Assembly: GCA_051294375.1 (NCBI GenBank)
Contig: CM119267.1
Span: 26,117,293 to 26,181,292 of the forward strand
Length of the DNA: 64,000 nucleotides
Direction: 5' to 3'
DNA from: Paraspadella gotoi
Lineage: Eukaryota > Animalia > Chaetognatha
Position numbers and translations under genes: made by a program. Under the pieces are notes generated by a model. That model made no database searches. It had not been told where the DNA came from and was given only the letters and a program-made list of their open reading frames with translations. Position 1 is the first letter of the stretch. Every line of letters begins with the position of its first letter. Below are positions 12,301 through 25,819 of this stretch, piece by piece.

Positions 12301-15300
12301 TGGTGTGACGCCAACTTTTTGTTCGGCAAAGGGGAGACGACTGGAAGATACAAAGTCTGGCGTTCTCACAATACTCCACGAGGGTTACGACTTAGAAAAC
12401 AAAAACTTCTTGGCTTTCCCCAACCAAAAAAAAAAAAAAAACAAAAAAAAAAAATAAAAATTGGAAACACGTTTCAACGAAAAATACAATGGACGATGAA
12501 TTTGAAACAAAATAAAAGTGGAAAATTTAATTATTGAAATCTGATGCCGGCTTTTAAGTCATGGAGTTACAAATCCCTGCTTTTTCTTTGCCGGCTAAAA
12601 CATTTCATTCGATTCTATTTTTAAATGCTAAAGACATGTGATCCCTGCTGCTGCCTGTTTCGGTGAAAAAAAGGACTCTTTTCTCCTCGTCAAAGATGTT
12701 ACTCTTCGCTTTCAACTCCAAACTCTCAAAGAAGGATTCCGCCCAGTAGTTTTTAGAGAAAGTCCCGCGTGCAGGAAAAGTGCAATTACAAGTTTACGTT
12801 CCTATCGATTCCAAAGACGATTCCTATCGATTCCAAAGAACGTTTCCCATCGATTCCAAAGACTTTTCTATCGATCCTCAATCGATACGAGGACGGATCG
12901 AACTCGGGGTGGCGGGAGGAGGCTTGTTAGAATCCAAGACTCGCCGAATGCGTGATTATTGAGTTCAAAACTTTAACTTCGTCCCACAAGGATTTATCGT
13001 TTTGGATCATTTCGTGCATTCGTTGCTTTAGTTTAATTCATTGGTTTTTTTGAGTTTTAATACTACGATTTTGTGTAATTCTTTGTGTTAAATAGATAAA
13101 TTCTTTATTGTACTGTTTGAATATCTATATGCTTTGATTATTTATTAAGGTACCTCTTTTTAAACATCTTCATAAACTCAGAGAAATAAAGAGACTATTT
13201 GATTGTCGATCTGCTAAAGCCACCAATCATGCCTTGAAGAATCTGCTTGGACTACTGAAGCATCTCGCCGGGGTTGAAGGAGTTTCCTCAAATATTCTAT
13301 CGAATATTCTTCGGGGGGCGTTTTAGGAGGAGGCACGCGGACCGGCGGGTCCTAACAATGCCCATCAATCATTTGATTATCATCACATCAGTCATTTGAT
13401 TATCATCCACATCAGTCATTTTGTTATTCATCGCATCAATTTATTGGTTATCATCGCGTCAATATTTTGGTTATCATCGCATCAATATTTGGTTACCACA
13501 AAACGCTGGCTCGATCCTTATGCTTTTAAGATTTTTTAATTAGCATGTCTCTCTCCCTCTCTCTTTTCCCTCATCACCTGATTCATAATCATAGGGCTAA
13601 AAACGAGTCTGCAGCTGGCTCTGCAGTGTCTTATTCTTTTTTTTCTCTTTTCTCCTTGCTGCTTCTGCTGCTGCCGTTTGATTTCTTTCTTTTCTCTCTC
13701 TCTCTGCTGCGTTTTTTATTAAAAAAAAAAAATTGGAAATTAGGATTGCAACTCGTAAATTAGCATCGCATTTGTGCATGTTTATCAATTTTGCTATCGC
13801 AACATTCAGGTTTTTTTTTTTGTTTTCTATTCCTCAGGGGCTGCGGTCTGCTGATTAATTTATTTTTTGACGAATGAAAATTTTTTTTCTTTTTATTTTT
13901 TCAAGAAACTGTAACTGTTAATTTCATAAATTAATATAAAATATAATATTTTCTTTCTGTTTTATAAATTTTTTTTTTTTCTCAAATTTTATTTTTTTTT
14001 AGTATCAAAATTTGTCGTCAATCCATATTTTTCTTATGGCTTTTTAAGATTTTTTTAATTGAATTTTAAAGTTTTGTTATATTTTTATACAAATAATTAG
14101 AAATTAATTAACGACTTATTGTCATTCATTTGGTCAAATTTAAACTTCTCTATATCAATCATTAATTTACTTAAAAAAGAAAGCTTAATTGAACACCATT
14201 CTCATAGGCTGCTACGATTATTTGTTCTCAAAGTTATTAATGAAAATAACTTTATTTATTGTTAAAAATAGCTAAACAATTTGGTAATAGTATATATTAT
14301 ATATAATATTATTTATTCCTTACAACTGTTCATCTAAGGGTGAAGTGAAAGTTTGGAAATCAAAATTTAACCAGTTATATCTTGAAAAACGTATCATATT
14401 AGTTGAATACTAATCTATAATTATTTTTCTTTTATTACAAATATTAGTAGCCCAGTCCAGCTTATTTTGTATATAGTTACTACCCTTATATAATATCAAA
14501 AATTTCAAAAAATTTTTTTTTTAAATTCTGAGAATCGGTTTCAGATTTCCCGTTAAAAGTTGATAAAAAGAAATATAAATCTTTTTTCAAAATTATGTCA
14601 TTAAATAGGTTAAAATTCATAAAAAAATATATTTTTTAAAGCCTCAAAATTGCAAATCGGCATCTTAAATATAGTTTTCTACATTTTTAACCAACATTAA
14701 TGAAAGGAATTTTTAAAAAAGAATATATACTTTCTTATATCAACTTTTTGTAAGAAATCTACAAATTCGATCTTAAATTTAAAAATTTGCAATTTGAAAA
14801 TTTTAGCCTATTATTACTTATTACTATATATAAATATAGGCGTCACTGTGCCCAACTAATGTTTTAAAATTAAAAAATTAATTTACGCAAAGTAATTTTT
14901 ATTTGTTTTTATATTATGTTTATTGTTAAATTTTAATTTTCTAAAATTGTATCATTTTCACATCACTCTACTGTTCATATTTAAACCACTAGGGGTATCC
15001 CCGGCCTCGATTTTTATAAGGGGATCGCAGAATTGAAGCCCGGATCTCCGCCGCGAATTCCTAGAATAAATCCCACTTCTCTATCTCTTTTTTCCACTTC
15101 TCTCTCTTTTTCTCATCTTTCTCTTTTTCCATCACTCCCTTTTTTTTCTCTCTCTTTCATTACTCTCTTCTGTATTCCTTTTTTTAATTTTACTATTTTT
15201 TTCATTTCTCTTTTTTTACTTTCCAATCAAAGCATTTTGTTAATTTAATAGAGTTAATTAATTTAAAAAAAGCGAAAGAGATATTATTTAGCTAATTGGT

Positions 15301-18300
15301 TTAAAAAAATTATCAAATTAAAAAATCTAAAAAAGTTTAATAGTATCTAAATGCAGTAAAAATCAAATTTGTGTAATTTAATTATAAAAAATTTAAATAT
15401 TACCTTTTTACTATATTATCCTTTTACTATTTGGCATTAGAAAAAAAATTCTTTTGTTTTTCAATTTCAAAGCTGAAAGTTTTTAGTTTTACTTAGAATA
15501 TACAAAAAGCAAACATATGGCGGATCTGAATGACGAATTTAGCGATAATTAATTAATTAATTAGTTAAAAACAATAATTAATTGTTTCTTAATATATTAA
15601 AATTAATAAATTAATTAATTATTTTTTTACAAAACTAACAAACAAATGGATAATTGTTATATTGTTTGCTACCAATTTTATGAATTATTTTTTATTAAAT
15701 AAATTGAATAATATAAATCTTAATATAAAAATTAAAAACCATATAAGTTAAATGGTTAATATAAATAAAAATAATACCGAAAAAAAAAAATACCAAGTTA
15801 AAAAAAATAATACAACACTGCGCAGAGGAATTCAAGACTCCAGAATCGAAATGCGGATGCGGCCGACGCCGAAGCAAACTCCCGCCGGAAGTAAATGGGA
15901 ACATTCTCATTGGGTTGAAAAGGACAAAATAGGCATCGGCCAATGAAGCAGAATGGGCCTTCTTTCCGGCTGTAAACTTTACCCTTACCCTCCGATCCGA
16001 TTTCAGGGTAATAATAGGAAAGCCCAACTTGTATTGATTTACTCTGCCTCAAGAAATTTGACACGCGTCTTGTATATATTGTCTTAATTGAAGAAATATA
16101 AAATCCACTTTGGTTTCGCCTAGAAAATCCCTGTCTATTTTACTTTTAAATGTGGTTGGCAGCAGGTCGGGATTCGAACCCACGAAGTTAAAAAAAATAA
16201 TTACAAGTTAAAAAAAATAATACAAGTTGAAAAAAATGATGCAAGTTAAAAAAATGATGCAAGTTAAAAAAAAGATTGCAAGTTAAAAAATGATGCAAAA
16301 TTTGAAAAATGATTGCAAGGTGCAAGGTGCAAAAATGATATAAGGTGCAAAAATGATATAAGGTGCAAAAATGATATTAAGGCTGCAACAAATGATATAA
16401 GTGCAAAAATGATATAAGGTGCAAAAAATGATATAAGGTGCAAAAATGATATAAGGTGCAAAAATTGATATAAAGGTGCAAAAATGATATAAGTGTGCAA
16501 AAAATGTAGTGAAAGTTAAAGGGGTAGCAAAAATGATATAAGGTGCAAAAAATGATATAAGGTGCTATAAAAATGATATAAGTGTGCAATGAGAAAAAGA
16601 ATAAGGTGCAAATATAAGAGGGTGCAGCAAAAATGATATAAGGTGCAAAGAATGATATAAGGTGCAAAAATGATATAAGTGTGCAAAAAAATGATATAAG
16701 GTGCAAAAATGATATAAGGTGCAAAAATGATATAAGGTGCATCAAAATAATAGGAGTGCAATATATAAAGGGTGCAAAAAATGATTATAAGGTGCCAAAA
16801 AATGATATAAGGTGCAATGATAAAGGTGATATATATAAGGTGCAGAAAAATGATATAAGGTGCAAAAATGATATAAGGTCAAAAAATGATATAAGGTGCA
16901 AAAAATGAATATAGGGTGCAAAAAATGATATAAGGTGCAAAAATTATAGGTGAAAGATATAAGGTGCAAAAATGATATTAAGGTGCCAAAAATGATATAA
17001 GGTGCAAAAATGATATAAGGTGCCAAAAATGAAATATAAGCGTGCAATGATAGTGCAAAAATGTAAAGTGCAAATGTTAGGTGCCAACATAAATATAAGG
17101 TGAAAATGCAAATCAAAAAAATATACAAGTTTAAAAATGAAAACGTAGTTTAAAAATGATGCAGGTTAAAAAATTATCTAAGATAAAACATGATTCAAAG
17201 TAAAAAAAAGATGCAAGTTGAAAAAATAAATAGCAAATTATAAAAAGATAATGCAATTCAAAATAATGATATAGGTTAAAATAGAAAGCAAAATTAAAAA
17301 TATGATTCAAGTTGTAAAATAATGTAAATAAAAAAAGAATGCCATGTGTTAAAAAAATTGATGCCAAGTTAAAAAAATGATGGCCAGTTAAAATAATAAT
17401 GAAATCAAAAAAAAGGTGCAAGTTTAAAAAATGATGCTCGATAAAAAAATTATTTGATTATAGAATGAATAAAGTAAATAAATAAAGATTTAAATTATGA
17501 ATAAATGATTTAATTTAAAATATTCATAGGAAAATAAATTAACTAAATCTAATTATCTTTTGTTAAAATAAAAAAGGAATAAAATTGAGTGAATGAATGT
17601 ATTTAAAAGAAAAATAATAAATATAAAATATATATGCTTATCTACAACTTATTAGATAAAATAAATATAAACAGTACTAGAAAATATTTTCTTTTTGAAT
17701 AAAAAATATGTTAATAAAATGATTTTATAATAAGCATGATAAACGCTTGCAGAAATTATCAATATCTAAATTTGAAAAAAAAAAATTTGGAAACAATAGA
17801 AAGGTTTCAAATTTGGCAAACCTTTTGATTTTCCGCCTTAATAAAAACAAAAGCACAAGAGGAAACGCGCAACGTTTTTGCGGCCGTCCGCATTCGGCCT
17901 CCCTTCTTGCCAATTTTTTGACTCTAGTCAAGTTCGCCACCTCGGCGCGTTTCTAGTTCCGCCTCACGGCATCGGCGGTCTGCATCTCTGATCAAGACTG
18001 AAGTTTTGTACCCCGCCGCCTTTTGATTTTAGATTTCATAGTAGATATCTATTCATAAAGGGCAGCTTGGTTTTTTAAAGTATTTCTTATTTGGAATGCT
18101 ATTTAAAAATATTTAAGAAAAAAAAATTTGATAATAAGTTACCATGTGCGCCTCATTCAGCGAAGAAACGTCAAGATTAACGGCGGCATTCATGCGTTTT
18201 TCCCGTTCGCGCATATGTATCCAAAAGAAGGCGCCTTGTGAAAAATAAGAAGTCAGAGAATAAAATGCCGCCAAGAGGTCGTATTGTGGAAATTGGTAAA

Positions 18301-20599
18301 AATTGTAATTTTGCTGTGGATTTTTTTTTTTTTTTTTGTTATATGATTTGATAGTGTGGTTTAAAGATTTTTAGAAGTCTCAAAAAACTCTAGAAATTTA
18401 CTTGGACTCCTTTATGCGCAACAGCCGGGTTGCCTGTGTGATGCCCATGGGTTGGGGGCAATGCTCACTGCTTGGCTTTGAGGGCTTCCGACTTCCAGTC
18501 ATGCGTCACGGTCTCGCTTTGCAACGCAGAGGGAAGTTTCATTAGGACTGTGGATTAAAAGGGTAGCAAAAATAAAAAAATCAAGTGGAATCAAAATTCG
18601 AATAGTGGATCACGAACAGGCCCTGCTACACCTGTTGAACATTTATTATAATAAAAAAAAAAATAGTTTTTTTTTTTTTTTTGGCATACGACCCCATATT
18701 TATACATAGTACTCACCATAAGAAAATGTTCGGAAATTTTTTAAAAATGTTTTTCTTATTTTAAAAAGCAGATTCGAATTCCTCACGAAAAGTTGATATA
18801 AGGAAATATAACTCTTTTTAGAAAATTATTTCATTAAGTGGCGTCAAAATCAGAAAAAAAAAAATAAAATAATAAATAAGAAACATAATAAATGATGTGT
18901 GATATCTATTAGAAAACTAGGACAGAAATTGAATCTAACCTTGTGTTTGTTATTGCAGATGGCTGCCCTCTATTTTCCAGAAACAACACTGACTTCTCCT
19001 CTGCTGAGCCTAAAATGAGTTATTAGATGTAATGATAAGTAAAATACTTTTTAAGAAAGCATAGATATATATTTAAATAATGTAGATAAAAAATAAATCC
19101 TTCATAAAATTAAAAATAGAAAATAGTGAAACAAGTAATTTGAAAATTTTTATAATATTATAATTAACCTAAAATTTAATTTTAGTATAAAAAATATAGT
19201 TTTTTGAATTTTTGGCTAACTTAATGAAGGAATTTTTGATTAAGACTTATATTTTCTTTTATCAACTTTTTATGAGGAATTCGTATCTGCTTTCAAAACT
19301 AAAAAAAAATTATTTTAAAATTTTAACATTTTCTATGAGTAAGTACTATGTATAAATTGGCGCGTATGTCCACGATGGCAAGTTAGGTGGCGTAGTGTAT
19401 GCAGCTATAAAAAAAAAATTGAGAAATTTTTAGTCGGATCTGCTTATCAGCAGATCCCGACTCTATACTACTATAACTCACTTTTTCGGTCCGTCGGTCC
19501 GCCCCCTCAATATTGTCGGGCACACACTTATATCATGTCAGAACATCGAATTATGATAAATTATGCAAAAAAAATGATCCGTCCGTCCGTCCGTCCGTCC
19601 GTCCCACCTTAGCAAAAAAACCCAATTACTCGTGATTGGATGGATGGATTTAAAGAAATTTTTGTGTGAGATAGGTAAGTGTGTGATTGAGCTGGATATT
19701 AAGTTTCGATGGAATCGTCGAGTGGAAATGAGTTTAAATGGAAAAAAACAAAAAAAAATATATTCACTATTTGAACACCAATTGCTCATGAGTGGATGGG
19801 CTGATTGACCTGGAATTTTGTATGTGGGTAGGAAAGTGTGTGATTGAACAGGAAATCAAGTTTCGATGGAATAGTTTGAGTGGAAATGAGTTTAAATGGA
19901 AAAAAACAAAAAACCTGTTTTACTAATTGATTATGCTTCTTTTTTCCTTTTATATTAAAATGTATTGCAGGATGTATTAATAAATAAATAATTAATCAGT
20001 TAATTAATCAATTAGTAAATAAATTAATCAATAATTAATTAATTAGTCAATCAATCCGTCCATCCGTCCCATCTTAGCAAAAAGCTCCAATAACTCTGAT
20101 TGGCTGGTTGGATTGGAATTAAATTTTGTGTGTGGTAGGAAAGTGTGTGATAAAGCTGGATATAAAATTTCGATGGAATCGTGTGAGTGGAAATTAGTTT
20201 AAATGAAAAAACATAAGTCGAATTTACTAAAATCTTTTTACTTATTTTAACCAATAAATACTCCAATTAATCATAATTGGATGGATAGATTGAGTTGAAA
20301 TTTTGTGTGTGGGAGGAAAACTATGTGACGAAGCTTGATATAAAGTTTCAGTGGAAACGTACCAGTGGAAATGAGTTTAAATGAAAAAAATATGAGTCAC
20401 ATTTACTTGAATCTTTTTATTTATTTTAACCCATGATAGATTGAGATGAAATTTTGTGACCCGGTAGGAAAGTGAGTGAAGAAGCTAGATATAAAGTTTT
20501 GACGGAATGCAAGTTGAAAAAATTATGCAAGTTGAAAAAAATGATGCAAGTTAAAAAAATCTTAAAAGCATAAGGATCGTCGCTATTGCATAAAAAGAG

Positions 20600-20673
<74 letters not shown>

Positions 20674-23600
20674 GACATAAAATAAAAAAATTCTAAAAGA
20701 CTCAAGATCGAGCCAGAGCCCACTATCAAGAAAATTAATGAAAAAAAAAACCGGGAAAAAAACGAATGAATCATGCGATAACGAATTTTGATGTACTAGT
20801 AATTGATTAGGTAATACTAATTGATTGATGTAATAGTATATTATTGATGTAATAGGAATGATTATTGATTCGATGATAATCAATTTGATGCGATGATAGT
20901 GCGATGATAGTCATCATGATGCGATGATGATTGATCATTCATTGATGCGATGATAGTCAATAAAACAAAAAAATGCGTGTATGAGTGAAAGAGAGAGAGA
21001 GAAAGAGAGAGAGAGAAAGAAAGAAGAGAGAGAAGAGAGGATAAATCCACGAAAATCTCGGATGAAAATATGGGATTTTGTATTGAAAAAAGCGCGGAAT
21101 AAATGGCAATAATAAACAATTTTTAGAAAGGAAAAAAAATTAACATGGAATTTTTCAAAAAACAAACGATCACGCAAAGAGATCGGACAGAAGGGACACA
21201 CACAGAAGAGAGAAAAGCAGAGAGAGAGAGACAGCCGCTGCCAGAGAAAAAGAGAGAAGAGAAAGAGCGATATATAATAATTAAAAGAGAGAAAGAGAGA
21301 AGCTCTACAGCCCCTTTACTCGTTAAAGAATCAGCAGTACTCATGGCGCGACGTAGCGTGAGCTTTTTCTCTACCCAAAGGACCCGGCCGGGTTCGGCCC
21401 CGCCTGTGTCGCGGCATCGTTTTTTACATTAGTGAGACCCACATTATATCTAAAATTTTTTTTGTAAAAAAAAAAAGAGAGAGAGAGAGAGAAGAGAGAA
21501 GTGAGAAAGAGCTGAGGAGAAATCAAGAAGAGCAGTGACGGAGAAAAAGAGAGAGAGAGAGAGCGAAATATTTAAAAGAAAGAGAAAGAGAGAGCGACAT
21601 ATAATTAAAACGTTTTTGTTTTGTAAATAAAACATAAACAAATACAATATTGATATGAAACATGAGAATTTTAAAGATCTTGATGTTAGAAGCCATATAT
21701 GAAAATTTCAACTCCCTTGATATCACACTTTCAGAAGCCATGATTGCAAAAAAGCGGACCGAAAGCTAAACCGAATCAAAATCGATAATAGAGGATATTT
21801 GTTTGTTTTGATAAAATGTAAACAAAACATTTAATAACTGTCCTGACTCAATTTTAAGGACATCGAGATGGACAAGCTGAATATAAATTATAATTATTAA
21901 ATTAATTAATTAATTAATCTATTAATTAATTAATCTATTAAATAATTAATTATCAATTAATTAATTAATTATCGTAGGCAGATCCGACATTGTTTGCTCA
22001 AACTTGTTTTAAAAAATTTTTTATTTATTAATGTTCTTTAGTACAAGACTGTTCATGAACAACTATTCGAATTTTGATCTGCAACTTTCACTACGCCTTA
22101 CTGTGGATGGAACACAACGCCTGGGATGTTGTGTTCCCCCTCTGAGCCAATGGATTTGGCTGAACGATGGTGGACGTGAGGCGGTGTGAATATACCGCCA
22201 CACCTTCATTAATGTTTTATATCCTTTCCTTTTCTATTTTTAGGTCTCCACCGTCACGAAAGAGATCGGCGGCGAGAAGAACGGCGAGAAGCGGGTTGTT
22301 CAGCTCAACAAGACGCCGCGCTCTCTACCGACCCAGAGCCGCCCACGCCGCAAGGCCAGCAACAAGAAACCGTTCAACGAGCACCGCCTCAAGCTGCGCG
22401 CGTCCATCACGCCGGGCTCCGTGCTCATCCTCCTCGCCGGCGCCCACAAGGGCAAGCGCGTTGTCTTTCTCAAGCAGTTGGCCTCGGGACTCCTGCTGGT
22501 CACAGGACCTTTCAGGATCAATCGGTGTCCGTTAAGAAGAATCAATCAGATCTACGTCATCACGACGCAGACGAAGGTGAGGCGACTGACCGGCGCGGAA
22601 GAAAAATGAGTGAGGTATGGCAACAGCCGGGTTGCCTGTGATGCCTATTGGGATGGGGCATCTCACTGTTGGCTTTGGGGGCTTCCGACGCCTCCAGTCA
22701 CTGGCGCGGTTACCCCAGGACGGTCTCGCTTTGCCAACGCAGAGGGAAGTCGTTAGGACGGTGGATGGAACACTACACCTGGGATGGTGTTTTCCCCCTC
22801 TGAGCCAATGGATTTGGCTGTAGGATGGTGGACGTCAGGCGGTGAGAATATACCGCCACAGAGGAAGGGTTTACAGAGACAGACCAGTCGTAAGTCGCTT
22901 TAACACATTAAATTATTTATTTCAAAATGTTTAAGTATCGACACATAGAAACACTCTCTATTCTTCTTTAAAATTTGAGCTGTCAAAATTGTAAAAGAGT
23001 AAAACTCAGATTTTGAATTATATATTATTTATTACTTCTTCATATTGTTGCATCTTCATTTATAGTGCTTGCACTGCCTTTCTGATTTACCTTAGATTTA
23101 TTACTCTAGCTAAGTAACAAAATACAAATAAAAATATAATTTGTTTATTAATATAATTCTTGTTTATTTAATACAAATATTTAACACTTGATACATTGAG
23201 CAATAAGGCGGAACATAGTAAAAACTAAGAGTTCTGTAATATAAATAACGTTAGAACATCCCTGTGGGATAACGAAATTTTTAAAAAATTTAGGATTTTA
23301 TATATAGTTAATAACATAGAAGCATTGAAAGTTTATCGTATTACTATAAATCATGAAATTTTTAGTCGGATCTGCTTATCAGCAGATCCCGACTCTATAA
23401 TTCACTTTGTCGGTCCGTCGGTCCGCCTCATCAATATTGTCGGGCACACACTTATATCATGTCAGAACATCGAATTATGATTAATTATGCAAAAAAAAGA
23501 TTTCCGTCCGTCCGTCTGTCCGTCCGTCCGTCCCACCTTAGCAAAAAACTCCAATTACTCGTGATTGGATGGATGGATTGGTATGAAATTTTGTGTGTGG

Positions 23601-23893
23601 GTAGGGAACTGTGTGATTGAGATGGATATGAAGTTTCGAGGGAATCGTGCGAGTGGAAATTGGTTTAAATGGAAACAAGTTTGAGCAAACAATGTCGGAT
23701 CTGCCTACGATAATTAATTAATTAACCCATTAAAATTAATTAATTAATTTTAATATTTAATAATTAATTATAAATTTATATTCAGCTTATCATCATCGAT
23801 GTCCTTAAAATTGGGTCTGGACAGTTATTAAATATGTTTTGTTTACATTTTATCAAAACAAACAAATATCCTCTATTTTATTTTATGTCTCCT

Positions 23894-23938
<45 letters not shown>

Positions 23939-24523
23939 ATGCAATTGCGACGATTGCTTTTAAGATTTTTTTAAATTGCATCATTTTTTCACATTAATTA
24001 ATTAATTAATTAATTAAAACATTAATCATTAATAATAAAGATTCAAGTAAATGTGACTCATATTTTTTCATTTAATCTCATTTCCACTCGTACGTTTCCA
24101 CCGTTTCATTTTCATAATATTTAATAGTCGCTTAACCATTATTTATTTGAGAGAACTTCTAGTTTTCAACCTGTTCCGGCCTAATATCTAGTAAGGCGGG
24201 TCAAAATTGAACACTTTTTATAACTTCTAGTTCTCTTTTAAATTTTCTTTTTTCCTTTTACTACTTAATCGATTTTCAATGTAACTTTTTGAAATAGTTC
24301 ATTGGGTTATTGCACTGAAGCTTTTAAATTTTTATTAATATATAATAATTATATAAAGTTTTGACGGAATTGTGCCAGTGGAAATGAGTTTAGATGGAAA
24401 AAACATAAGTCACAATTACTTGAATCTTTAATATTAATGATTACTAATAAATGTTTTAATTAATTAATGTGAAAAAATGATTCAAGTTAAAAAAATCTTA
24501 AAAGCATTATAAAGATCGTTACA

Positions 24524-24564
<41 letters not shown>

Positions 24565-25781
24565 AGACATAACATAAAATAGAGGATATTTGTTTGTTTT
24601 GATAAAATGTAAACAAAACATATTTAATAACTGTCCTAACCCAATTTTAAGGACATCGATGATGATAAGTTGAATATAAATTAAAATTAATTATTACATA
24701 TTAAAATTAATTAATTAATTAATCGATTAATTAATTAATTATCGTAGGCAGATCCGACATTGTTTGCTCAAACTTGTTTTTTTCAAAATCAGAATTTGAA
24801 AAAAACGATTTGGGTAGAGATTAACAAGTTTGAGCAAACAATGTCGGATCTGCCTACGATAATTAATTAATTAATTAGATTAATTAATTAATTAATAGAT
24901 TAATTAATTAATTAATTTTAATAATTAATTATAATTTATATTCAGCTTGTCCTCATCGATGTCCTTAAAATTGAGTCAGGACAGTTATTAAATGTTTTGT
25001 TTACATTTTATCAAAACAAACAAATATCCTCTATTATCGATTTTGATTCGGTTTAGCTTTCGGTCACGCTTTTTTGCAATCATGGCTTCTGAAAGTGTGA
25101 TATCAAAGGGAGTTGAAATTTCATATATGGCTTCTAAGATCAAGATCTTTAAAAATTCTCATGTTTCATATCAATATTCGTATTTGTTTATGTTTATTTA
25201 CAAAACAAAAACGTTTTAATTATATGTCGCTCTCTCTTTCTCTTTCTTTTAAATATATGTCGCTCTCTCTCTCTCTCTTTTTCTCCGTCACTGCTTCTTC
25301 TGATTTCTCTCTCAGCTTCTTTCTCTCTCTCTCTCTTCTCTCTCTCTCTCTTTTTTTTTTCTTTTACAAAAAAAATTTTAGATATAATGTGGGCTCACTA
25401 ATGTAAAAAACGATGCCGCGAACAGGGTGCGAACCCGGGTCCTTTGGTAGAGAAAAGCTCACGCTACGTCCAGCGCCATGGGTACTGCTGATTCTTTAAC
25501 GAGTAAAGGGGCTGTAGAGCTTCTCTCTTTCTCTCTCTTTTAATTATTATAATATCGCTCTTTCTCTCTCTCTTTTTCTCTGCAGCGGCTGTCTCTCTCT
25601 CTCTTTTTCTCTCTGTGTGTGTCCCTCTCTGTCCGATCTCTTGCGTGATCGTTTGTTTTTTGAAAAATTCTGATTATTTTTTTTCCTTCTAAAAATTGTT
25701 TATTATTACCATTTATTCCGCGCTTTTTTTCAATACAAAATCCCATATTTTCATCCGAGATTTTCGTGGATTTATTCTCTT

Positions 25782-25819
<38 letters not shown>

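Larger units (their letters stand above)
9711..22100. mobile_element. hAT-type non-autonomous element splitting the 245-bp element (span inflated by the duplicated segment)
   Basis: Imperfect TIRs TAAAGCGTAG...TCAAAATTCGAATAGT / ACTATTCGAATTTTGA...CTACGCCTTA. 8-bp TSD CTGTGGAT at 9703-9710 and 22101-22108. Confidence 0.75.

Noticed and set aside
20551-21741. SLSLSL/ERERER ORFs (also 25113-26330, 49130-49369, 57153-57368)
   Set aside because: They are GA/CT microsatellites inside HINE copies.
22617-22823. 68-aa [11 protein letters not shown]
   Set aside because: It lies within the repeat and the frame is not preserved in the other two copies.
22616-22860. Intronic H/ACA snoRNA in a ribosomal protein gene
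   Set aside because: It ends in ACA, but no H box is conserved in all copies, it has TSDs, and one copy is split by a transposon.
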